Shown here piece after piece: positions 53,522 to 64,000 of a stretch of DNA of 64,000 nt; positions within the stretch are counted from its first letter, which is position 1; each line of letters begins with the position of its first letter. The stretch is taken from NCBI GenBank assembly GCA_950097015.1, contig CATNEN010000025.1, positions 6,510,001 through 6,574,000 of the forward strand, written 5' to 3'. The notes under the pieces were generated by a model. That model did no database searches. It saw only the letters and a program-made list of their open reading frames with translations, and was not told where the DNA came from. The position numbers and the translations under genes are program-made. This stretch comes from Macrostomum hystrix (Eukaryota; Animalia; Platyhelminthes).

Positions 53522-56500
53522 TTAGCTGAAGCGTAGCCTTCCAGCTGATGCGGATGTTGAAGCGGCCACCTGCGCCGCCGCCGCCGACGCCACCCGGTTC
53601 CCGGTGCTGCTCGTTGACACCAGTAGAACGTGATGCCCGCCAGCGCTACCGCCGCCGCTGGCTAATCGCTTTGGAACTGCGCGATCTTGATCCTGGCATA
53701 GCAACAAGCGAAAGCGGGATCTTGTTCGATTTACATAGAAGGTTGAGATTCACTGTTGAAACCATCGCGTCAGTAAAGTGAAATTCAGATTTCCCATATT
53801 TTGCATCCACAATATTTACTCACCGGGAGAGGCTCCGGTCTGCCTCCGCCGCCGCCGCTGCCGCTTATAAGCCCTGCAGATGACGTCCGCGGCGATGCAA
53901 CAGGAGGTGGCTGCTGACGAAGTCTGTATCATTGTAGTGAGAATTGATGTTTGTGAGAATAACGGATTAGAATTGAAAATATTTTTTTCTAGAAACTGAT
54001 TAGAATCCATCCATTAAAATCGAAAACGCTCAGTAGTTATCTACCTCACTCCGCTATCGATCGTAGGTAGACACACCCACCCCACTTTGCCATCAATCGT
54101 GGGCACCCAACTCACTCCGCTATCGATCGCTGACACCCACCTCATTCCGTCAAATACATCGCCTATATACCGACAGCTGGAGGAAACAAAAATAAATTTA
54201 AATACTCGTACAAGTACAAGGGCAGAAAACTGCTTATTTACAAGGTTACTAGAGGCGTGAAAAAATATTACAAAAAATTATCCTGCCTACAATTAAGAGA
54301 GTAGTTCTAGATGGGAGAATTTTCAGGTGAGAGTTAAAAATGCACATGGATTCAGCCAGCAGTTTTCACACTCGATAAGCAGCTCGCTGTGGCAGGCCTT
54401 AATGGAAGTCGAAATTTACAATTTTCGCCCGCTCAACAAAAATTATTTTAGCATGCGAAAAAAAACTGATGGAAATGAAAAATTCCAGCTCTCTGGAACT
54501 AACCAGCACAGAACAGACCAAAGTGAAACACCAAATTTCGCTGCCTACCTGTACCCACCTTGGATAATAACTTAGATTCTCAGACAAAAAATGTAATTTA
54601 TTCTCTCGACCGACTATTTAAAATGTGTGAATAAAATAGCAACTACAGGCTTGGGAGTCTCAGCGGTTAACGCGTTTGCCTCTATCACCAAGGTCCCTGC
54701 AGAGCTCGATTCCGCGGCGAGGCCACATTCATTTGTGGCGCAGCCGCGGAGAGAAGGCTTAGGGGCTTGTCGTGCAATTTACGCCCTTGATGGCCAACCT
54801 CCGAGGCACAGTGGAAGTGCACACTGCCTGACGATGAGAAAGTCAGGGCAGATGTACACACCTGTGTGAGCGCGTGCCTGCGTACGGTATCTGTGTGCTC
54901 AGGAGTCAGCGAAATGGGCAGAATTGCCTCCTCGCTGGCTGCAGTTCTAGTGTCATCAAATGATGCGCCATTGCACGCAGCCCTCCGGCAATTATTTTTT
55001 TTATTAACTAACGCTTTGCTTCGTTTCAAATTCAGAAGAAAACGAATTTTTTTCAGGAAATTCGATAAAACTTTTAGCGTTAATGCTCACGATATACTAC
55101 TGCTCATAGCGTTCTCAACCAGCGGCTGCACAAACCCTGCCGCCGCACCGCGAAGGTTGTAGTCGCTGGCGCTGAACACGCCGACGCTACCGCCGCCTCC
55201 GACAACAGCAGCCGCAGATTCTGCAGGGCGTCGCCTCTTTTTCTTGCCGGTGCGTCGACGATAAGCCGAAATTGACTCCGCCGGTGTATCAGCCGAAGCA
55301 GACCCCGCCGCGGAATTGGCTTCAGTGTAGGCAGCCGGGAGCGGCATAAGCTGGGCGGGCAGCAGAGGGCTCGATGCCGGATGTTGACGCTCCTGATGCT
55401 TTGGCTTGATTACAGCTGAGGGTGCGAAGAAAAAAAGAATAGAAAAGAGTAACTAGAATTCATTACAGACGCCCCATTGACTCTGTTATAGAAAACTGTC
55501 TGATACGCACACGGCAGTCCAAATCAACCACACCCACCTCACTCCGCTATAGATCGATAACATGCCCATATAGAGGATGAGTTGCGGAGCGGTAAGGCGT
55601 CCACTCCAGCCCATGGGCCTATGAGCTGGATGCCGCGGCGAGGCCACATTCATTTTGGACGCAGCCACGGAGAGAAGGCTTCGGGGCTTGTCGTGCAATT
55701 TACGCTCATCAGGCCTAAGCCCCAGGCACAGTCATAGTGTACTCTACTTGACGATGTGAAAGCCAGTGTAGATGTACACCTGTGAGTATGTGCTTGTGTA
55801 CGTATCCGTGTGCGTGCGTGTGCTCTATGGCTTGCGGAATGGTCAGAATTGCCTCTTCCCTGGACGCGTTTCAACTGTTACCAGATACTGCAGGCCCTGC
55901 GTTTATGAGTTCTATTTAATGTAGCTAAATATTGTTTCCCACCAAAATGCCGTTTTGCTCTAGCTAAACGGCATGCCGACCCACTCCGGTATCAATTGGT
56001 GACAATACCCACCCCACTCCGTAATCGATTGGTGACACACCCACCCCACTCCGTAATCGATTGGTGACATACCCACCCCACTCCGTTATCGATTGGTGAC
56101 ATACCCACCCCACTCCGTTATCGATTGGTGACACCCATCCCACTCCGTTATCGATTGGCTACTTACACTTTACACTGCGCCATGAACATTAAAAGAAGAC
56201 TTTGCGAACTATAAGCATCAAAACTTGTCAATAATAATATTAGGTATGCTGAAAATATTTTTCCCCACGATTGAGCGAATTTAAGCGGAGAGACAGAGTG
56301 TGACCTCTCTTTGCTCGCCAAGGATGTCTTAACAGAAAGAAAAGCTTAAGCATGATTAAACACCGCTTTTCTGCCGGACCATGATCCCGCTGAATTTCCC
56401 AATTTCCTCTTCCTTCTCGTTAATATCTTCCAACAGTCAACAGGGCCAGAAAACAAAGGAGGAGGTTCAAAGTCGAAATGAAAGAACACGCAGTGGCAGA

Positions 56501-59500
56501 CTTACCGCCTTGATTAGTTTAGGGTAGGGGGTCAGAGAGAATCTTTGTCTGAGGTCTCTCGTGTGCTTCCTAGAGGAAAATTAGCTCAATTTAATCTAGA
56601 TAACCTTTGATAAATACTTTCTCAACCTATAAAGTGTGGCAAACAAATTTTAATAAAAAAATATTCTGATCGACTTTTTTTCTTAAAGATAAAAGATATC
56701 ATTCAGTCCCTACAGTTATGAAAACAATCTTCTCCCAAGAACTGACACAACCTTCTCCCAAGAACTGACACAACCTTCTCCCACGAACTGACACAACCTT
56801 CTCCCAAGAACTGACACAATATTCTCCCACGAACTGACACAACCTTCTCCCAAGAACTGACACAACCTTCTCCCAAAAGCTGACACAACCTTCTCCCAAG
56901 AACTGACACAATCTTCTCCCAAGAACTGACACAACCTTCTCCCAAAAAATGACACAACCTTCTCCCAAGAACTGACACAATCTTCTCCCAAGAACTGACA
57001 CAATCTTCTCCCAAGAACTGACACAACCTTCTCCCACGAACTGACACAATCTTCTCACACGAACTGACACAACCTTCTCCCAAGAACTGACACAACCTTC
57101 TCCCAAAAGCTGACACAACCTTCTCCCAAGAACTGACACAATCTTCTCCCAAGAACTGACACAATCTTCTCCCAAGAACTGACACAACCTTCTCCCACGA
57201 ACTGACACAATCTTCTCACACGAACTGACACAACCTTCTTCCAAGAACTGACACAATCATCTCCCAAGAACTGACACAAACATCTCCCAAGAACTGACAC
57301 AAACATCTCCCAAGAACTGACACAATCATCTCCCAAGAACTGACACAAACATCTCCCAAGAACTGACACAAACATCTCCCAAGAACTGACACAAACATCT
57401 CCCAAGAACTGACACAAACATCTCCCAAGAACTGACACAATCATCTCCCAAGAACTGACACAAACATCTCCCAAGAACTGACACAAACATCTCCCAAGAA
57501 CTGACACAAACATCTCCCAAGAACTGACACAAACATCTCCCAAGAACTGACACAAAAATCTCCCAAGAACTGACACCATCTTCTCCCAAGAACTGACACA
57601 ACCTTCTCCCAAGAGCTGACACAATCTTTTCCCCAGAACTGACACAACCTTCTCCCAAGAAATGACACAAACATCTCCCAAGAACTGACACAATCTTCTC
57701 CCAAGAACTGACACAATCTTCTCCCACGAACTGACACAATCTTCTCCCAAGAGCTGACACAATCTTTTCCCCAGAACTGACACAACCTTCTCCCACGAAC
57801 TGACACAATCTTCTCCCAAGAACTGACACAACCTTCTTCCAAGAACTGACACAATCTTCTCCCACGAACTGACACAACCTTCTCCCACGAACTGACACAA
57901 CCTTCTCCCAAGAACTGACACAATCCGCTCACCCCGCGGCTTCCTCTCCGTGTCGAGTGGACCGCCTTCGCTGTCATTGTCTTCGCCGCTGCCCACCGTA
58001 GCGACAATCTGCGAAGACTGAAACTCAGGCGGAGGCGGCAGCGCATCGTCCGCTTCGACTTCATCTACGACATTATTTTCATCGGCTCGAGCGGCCTCCT
58101 TGAATTCCACTTGCAGTCGGTGCTGCAGTTTGTAGGGCGTCTGAGGACCTCGAAACAGACGACGCTCCGGTGAGCCAAGTGGCGGCCTCGGGTGGTGCGC
58201 CGGCTGGTCCGCTGGTAGGACGGAGTAAAGGCTTAGTGTTCCTTTCCCCCCTAACACCTACCTCAGTCTCACTCCCTTTCCTCCTGACACCCACCTCACT
58301 CTCGTTGCCTTCCCTCCTGACGCCCACCTCACTCTTATACCTTCCCTCCTGACACCCACCTCACTCTCATGCCTTCCCTCCTGACACCCACCTCACTCTC
58401 ACCTCACTGACACCTTTGTCCTTATTGATAGCGGCACCATCTAAATCTAGGGTTTGACATCAATCTCTCTTTAACTAAATACTAAGCTACAAGCTAGTAA
58501 GTTGTTGACAACTAAAAATGAGTTCATAAACAACCACCTTGATATAGTTGAACTTCGTATCGCACAGTCGCTGCCGGTTCACTCGCCCGACGTCCTTCAA
58601 CTGGACGCTCAGCCACCGCCGCAGCCCCAGCCACAGCAACTGGTTCCCTTCCTTCCCGCTCTCCTTCGGCGCCAACATTTTCATCAGGCTCTGTTACAGG
58701 TTTTAACTGAATTTGCTGCTGCTGCTGCTGCTGCTGCTGATTGTCGCCATTCTCAATCGAGCTTTCGCGCGACGTACCGCCACCGCTAGCGCTGCCGGCT
58801 GTGTAGACCAATCGGCGCCGGCCAGAGGAGGGCGACTTCGATCTGGGCGTTGGCGGCGGCGGCGTTCGTGGAGGCCTCGGCACTGGAAATTCCTGGAAAT
58901 CGTTTTTAAACGAGGTAAAACTTAACCTACATCTAGTAGAAATCGCTGTCAGAAATAAAACAATAAAGAAAAATGTGCGAATAACAACATTAAAAACGAG
59001 CAAAAGTTTCTAGCCCTTCTTCTAGACAGTGTGTGAGAGTGTATGCAAAGCGGTGAGCATGCAAAGATGTAACAACGGTTTTATGTCGAATCTACAATAA
59101 TCAGCACCCACGCTCATCGCCTCCCTGAGCCTCACTCCCGAGAGCCAGTTGCAGGCGCCGCTGCTTCTACGACGGGGGGCCGGTATCGGCGCCTGTGGCG
59201 GCAGCATCGCCGCCACGGAGGCCTCGCTAAACAGCCTCGGTCGGGGCCGACCTACAGGGCCGCAGCCACCGCGACTGGCGCTGATTGACTGGGAGCGCAA
59301 CCGGTAATTATTGTCGAAGTAGCTGAAGCTGTCCAGATTGATGTTGAACTTGAGGTTCGGGTTGCAATGGATTAGGAGTAGCATTGCTAATCGGGCTTGA
59401 AAACACAATAATTAAAAACACTAAATCATCACATGCTCATAAACTTTAACGATAAGAGTATAAAATCATGCCTGAACAAGCTAAAAGCATGCCTGAACAA

Positions 59501-61977
59501 GCACATATTTCATAAGAATAGCATTTAGTCATATCGAGAACAATAAATTACGAGGGTTCGTAAACTGTTCTATTCAACGATAGATGGTCATTTTACTGAC
59601 CGCGCAAGACCCATGAGCTGATGAAAGTTGCCCATGAATCTCGGCTGCACTGTGCCCCGTCTTCCAAAGGGTGTAAATCACACTCCTCTGGGCAAAACTT
59701 GAATGCACATCCATTATCTTTAGCACAGCAAGAAATGAAAACAAAAATGCTCGTACTGAAGCCAAGTCCCAGTGAGAGATATGAAGATTTCATTCCATCT
59801 TTTCCAGAGACAACTTTCAAATTATAACTTCATTATGATTTTTCCAGAGACATATCTATCTTTGTCGCGGATTGAGAAATTGAGAAATTTTGGTTGAAAG
59901 AGTGACCTCAGTCGAAAGCACTTTCGTAGCATTCCGATAGCTTGTTGATTTACTGTAAGTCTATGTTTGAGGTCCTGTTAGTTTTTCGTTGATGACTTCT
60001 ATTTCCCTAGTCTGTTAGAAAAAAGATTTGAATTAATATAAAGAAGAGACTTGCCGCTATAAGACTGTGTCAAATCACGTTATTTGAACCATCAGAACAA
60101 AAGATATAATCAAAAGTAACACTACTTTTGGGACAGCCCTCGTATTTATCCAACTTATCCAACCAAATAAGTTGGATTTATCCGAAAAAATTTCAGACAT
60201 ACTCAAAGTACGAGTACAACCCACACTGACGCCTCCACTCTAATCTAGCGCGAAAAAACCCCAGCATCACACCTCCACCCTTATCTGGTGCGCATATAAC
60301 CCTAGATAACACATTCGCCCCTGATCTGGTGCGCGAAAAAAACCCAACATCACACCTCCACCCTTATCTGGCGCGCATATAACCCTAGATAACACATTGG
60401 CCCCTGATCTGGTGCGCGAAAAAAACCCAACATCACACCTCCACCCTTATTTGGCGCGCATAAAAAACCCTGCATCACACCCACCCCTAATCTGGCACGC
60501 TGAAAAAACACATGATCACACCACACAATGGTGTGATCATGTGTATTGCGGCCACACAATACGCGACGGGCCAGCGCTAGTGCAGCTGCACTCCAAACCC
60601 CTTAATCTCAGATTAGTTGAGGTGGGCTTTTGTGCCCAGCCAGCCGACTCGCTAAGTCGGGGAGGGCGTTGTGCGAAGTCACGCCACTTTTTCGCACCTC
60701 TCTAGGCCCCTCTATCACCCTCTACGAGTATGTTCAAATATAAATATACTCGCCATGCAGCCCACGATCTTCGCTGCCATCTCTTAAGCAAATAGGCCTT
60801 CCGCCTTAACTGTTTATATTGTACTCACAGCTGGCTGTTTGTTACTGGCAGGCCCAGCCGTCTCGTCTTCATTGGGTGCCACCAACTTCTGCCTGTAGTG
60901 GCTGGCCAGAATCAGCTTGCAGTAGTGCAGCCGGCGCTGCTTGGCGCAGTCCCAGGCTGTGGCACCTTCGCTGTCGCGCGAATCAATTTCAGCTGGCAGA
61001 GAAAAACAATTTCAGTTGAGCTACTGACGATTAGCGTTAAATGAGCCATGCAAAATGTGAGCAGTCATTTGATTGGGGTAAAAGTGCATCACTTTCAAAT
61101 CTGCCTCTACTCCAGGTTGCTGCTGGTAAACCAATGAAAGCGTGAATTGGAACGGGCAATTAGGGACAAAAACTGCGACAAACCAAAATGTCTTCTTTAA
61201 AGACTCGTTCTTTAATCGTGCTTCGAGTTCTAATTCAGGCTAAAACTGGCTCAGACCGGACGTATGAAGTCTGGCGCTCATTCTAAGGTAGTAAACTACT
61301 GGCAGGACTTGGCCAATCGTTTAAGATAAAGCCAGCCAAATGCTTTGAGTTCAAAACAGAATTTTGACCTGCCCTGTGGGGCTAAAGGGATTAACACCCT
61401 GAGCTTGGACAGGAAAAAAGGAAGTCGAAATTCTCGACGTGGTAAAAAGGGGAATTGGAAGCATTTGGGTTTTAGATTTTGGGCTAAGAGAGTTTACTTC
61501 AAAAGTTTTCCAATCGATAAAAAGCAGTCTTCAAAGCCAAAAATAGCTGATAACATTTTTTATTACACCTGCCTCCATTGGGCCAGATGTGCAGCCGATA
61601 GCACAGCCGCAGATATTGCGCGGCGCATCTGAAGACTGCGTACGACTGTCCAGTCCATGGACTGGGGAGACGCCACACGCATAGGGTGTCTTTGTCCTCT
61701 GTCTTGCGAAAGGACACAAACTGTTTCAGTGGAAATGGGAATCGAACCCCTGACCTTTAAGTCGAGAGTCACTCTAACCACTAGGCTACAACCCCCTGGT
61801 TGATAAGGCTAGCCAGACAGACGGCATCCTCACCTCCTTGATCAAGCAGGAAGTTCAGCAATTCTCCGTGTCCGCCTATGGTGGCGAGGTGAATAGCTGA
61901 CCGGCCATCGTTGTCAATAGCTTCCAGTGCTGACTTGCCGCCGGCATCCAGGATTAGCTGGCAGGCTGACATTGCGC
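53522..61977 (-). CDS. Ankyrin-repeat protein with long disordered Pro/Ser/Gln/Gly-rich C-terminus (5' part beyond the window)
   Basis: Exons are 61977-61834 and 60992-60829 (ANK repeats DNDGRSAIHLATIGGHGELLNFLLDQG|AEIDSRDSEGATAWDCA), then about 59288 (or about 59382/59392)-59112, 58892-58538, 58211-57933, 55415-55091, 53923-53824 and 53692-53522 (stop). All junctions are GT-AG and phase-consistent except the one between 60829 and the 59.1-59.4 kb exon. Confidence 0.72.
54648..55000 (+). mobile_element. SINE family 1, near full-length copy
   Basis: tRNA-like head GTCTCAGCGGTTAACGCG...GAGCTCGATTCCGCGGCGAGGCCA, conserved body and T-rich tail. Confidence 0.87.
55628..55862 (+). mobile_element. 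SINE family 1, older diverged copy
   Basis: GCCGCGGCGAGGCCACATTCATTT...GAGAGAAGGCTTCGGGGCTTGTCGTGCAATTTACG...CAGAATTGCCTC matches the family body. Confidence 0.75.
55985..56160. repeat. 32-bp CCCACCCCACTCCGT(A/T)ATCGATTGGTGACA(C/T)A repeat
   Basis: About 5 tandem units; related dispersed units occur at about 54040-54150 and about 55530. Confidence 0.85.
56725..57925. repeat. 23-bp minisatellite AACTGACACAA(C/T)CTTCTCCCAAG in an ANK-gene intron
   Basis: Period 23; it begins about 7 nt after the minus-strand donor at 57932. The LCQFLGE ORFs are artefacts. Confidence 0.96.
58240..58410. repeat. About 32-33 bp CTCCTGACACCCACCTCACTCTC repeat in an ANK-gene intron
   Basis: About 5 degenerate units adjacent to the acceptor at 58212-13. 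Confidence 0.8.
59551..60142 (-). mobile_element. Mariner-family remnant (592 bp, internally deleted)
   Basis: The ends are TA|CGAGGG (59549-56) and CCCTCG|TA (60137-44). ORF 59574-59765 has QRSVIYTLWKTGHSAAEIHGQLSSAHGSCAVSKMTIYR, resembling the first mariner HTH. The terminal match extends only about 6 bp. Confidence 0.75.
60235..60520. repeat. About 83-bp tandem repeat (about 3 copies)
   Basis: GCGCGAAAAAA.CCC..CATCACACCTCCACCCTTAT recurs at 60248, 60331 and 60414. Confidence 0.85.
61560..61790 (-). mobile_element. tRNA-derived SINE, family 2 (variant b)
   Basis: The minus-strand head TGTAGCCTAGTGGTTAGAGTG...GGGGTTCGATTCCC carries A and B boxes. The 3' part is shared with 23925-24020. Confidence 0.8.
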
Positions 61978-62199
61978 CTGGCAGGACGGGATAACAATGG
62001 GATTTAGGTGAGTGACAGCTGGACGTGACTTTAGTACTGCACTCCCCACAGAAAGGCGCGTTAATGCGTCTGATCGGGATATTGTGATAATGGCAAAAAT
62101 TGCTTTAGTTTTCATAGTCTTCTAAACATTGGCCCAGTGTTTACTCATCTAGTTCAAAGTATAGGACGATATCAGCCCATTCCACTGATAAACAGCAGA

Positions 62200-64000
62200 C
62201 ATCAAACACACACACACTCACTCACACACTCACACACTCACACTCACACTCACACACTCACACAATCACACACTCACTCACACACTCATACTCACACACT
62301 CACACTCACACACTCACACAACCACACACTCACTCACACACTCACACACTCACACACTCACACACTCACACAATCACACACTCACTCACACACTCACACA
62401 CTCACACACTCACACACTCACTCACACACACACTCACTCACACACAATCACACACACACACACTCACTTACATACTCACACACACTCACACAATCACACA
62501 CTCACACACACACACTCACTCACACACTCACACACACACTTACTCACACACACTAACTCACTCACTCACACACTCACACACTCACTCACACACTCACACA
62601 CTCACACACTCACACACTCACACACTCACACACTCACTCACACACTCACACACTCACACACTCACACACTCACACACTCACTCACTCACTCACACACTCA
62701 CTCACTCACTCACACACTCACACACACTCACACACTTACTCACTCACTCACACACTCACACACACTCACACACTTACTCACTCACTCACTCACTCACACA
62801 CTCACTCACACATTCACTCACACACTCACTCACACACTCACTCACTCACTCACACACTCACTCACTCACTCACACACTCACACACACTCACACACTCACT
62901 CACTCACTCACTCACTCACACACTCACACACTCACTCACACACTCACACACTCACACACTCACACACTCACACACTCACACACTCACTCACACACTCACA
63001 CACTCACACACTCACACACTCACACACTCACACACTCACACACTCACTCACACACTCACACACTCACACACTCACACACTCACACACTCACTCACTCACT
63101 CACACACTCACTCACTCACTCACACACTCACACACACTCACACACTCACTCACTCACTCACTCACTCACACACTCACTCACACACTCACTCACTCACTCA
63201 CACACTCACTCACTCACTCACACACTCACACACACTCACACACTCACTCACTCACTCACTCACTCACACACTCACTCACACACTCACACACTCACACACT
63301 CACTCACACACTCACTCACTCACTCACTCACTCACACACTCACACACTCACACACACTCACTCACTCACTCACACACTCACACACTCACTCACACACTCA
63401 CACACTCACACACTCACACACTCACACACTCACACACTCACTCACACACTCACACACTCACACACTCACACACTCACTCACTCACTCACACACTCACTCA
63501 CTCACTCACACACTCACACACACTCACACACTCACTCACTCACTCACTCACTCACACACTCACTCACACACTCACACACTCACACACTCACACACTCACA
63601 CACTCACACACTCACTCACACACTCACACACTCACACACTCACACACTCACTCACTCACTCACACACTCACTCACTCACTCACACACTCACACACACTCA
63701 CACACTCACTCACTCACTCACTCACTCACACACTCACTCACACACTCACACACTCACACACTCACTCACACACTCACACACTCACTCACTCACTCACTCA
63801 CTCACTCACTCACACACTCACTCACACACTCACACACTCACTCACACACTCACTCACTCACTCACACACTCACACACACTCACACACTCACTCACTCACT
63901 CACTCACTCACACACTCACTCACACACTCACACACTCACACACTCACTCACACACTCACACACTCACTCACTCACTCACTCACTCACTCACTCACTCACT
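62200..64000. repeat. (CA/CT) microsatellite CACTCA(CA)n, at least 1.8 kb, in an ANK-gene intron; runs off the window
   Basis: Directly visible. Confidence 0.98.

Noticed and set aside
54820-54860. CTGACGA...GAAA in the SINE-1 body, suggesting a hammerhead ribozyme
   Set aside because: Only 3 nt separate CUGANGA from GAAA, and no stem III or NUH cleavage triplet can be formed; a simple hairpin explains it.

Overview
This is intron-rich eukaryotic (metazoan) genomic DNA, not prokaryotic, and many long ORFs in the supplied track are read-throughs of tandem repeats. The GC-rich, polyQ/polyA/polyG-rich exons and minisatellite-filled introns resemble a free-living flatworm such as Macrostomum (inference only). 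I reconstructed eight spliced genes by hand using GT-AG junctions with matching phase. In order: the 3' end of ODAD2/ARMC4 (+); a two-pore-domain K+ channel (-); a HUNK-like kinase (+); a GPI-type Ly6/uPAR (quiver-like) protein (+); an unrecognised acidic/Gln-Glu-rich protein (+); a short three-exon amidated neuropeptide precursor ending GFKPLR-G-KR that the ORF track misses (+); a GDA1/CD39 NTPDase (+); and an FBXO4-like F-box protein (+). A ninth gene, an ankyrin-repeat gene (-), has its 5' end beyond the window and one unresolved junction. Mobile DNA comprises two TIR-bounded, defective Tc1/IS630-type elements, a mariner remnant and two tRNA-derived SINE families. About 30 distinct micro/minisatellite arrays are present, most inside introns and often abutting splice sites. 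The best leads are the hidden tachykinin/natalisin-like precursor, the possible exitron or mucin stalk in the NTPDase, satellites made of splice-site or AP-1/CCAAT motifs, RFX X-boxes, and a satellite-templated filler in a deleted transposon.
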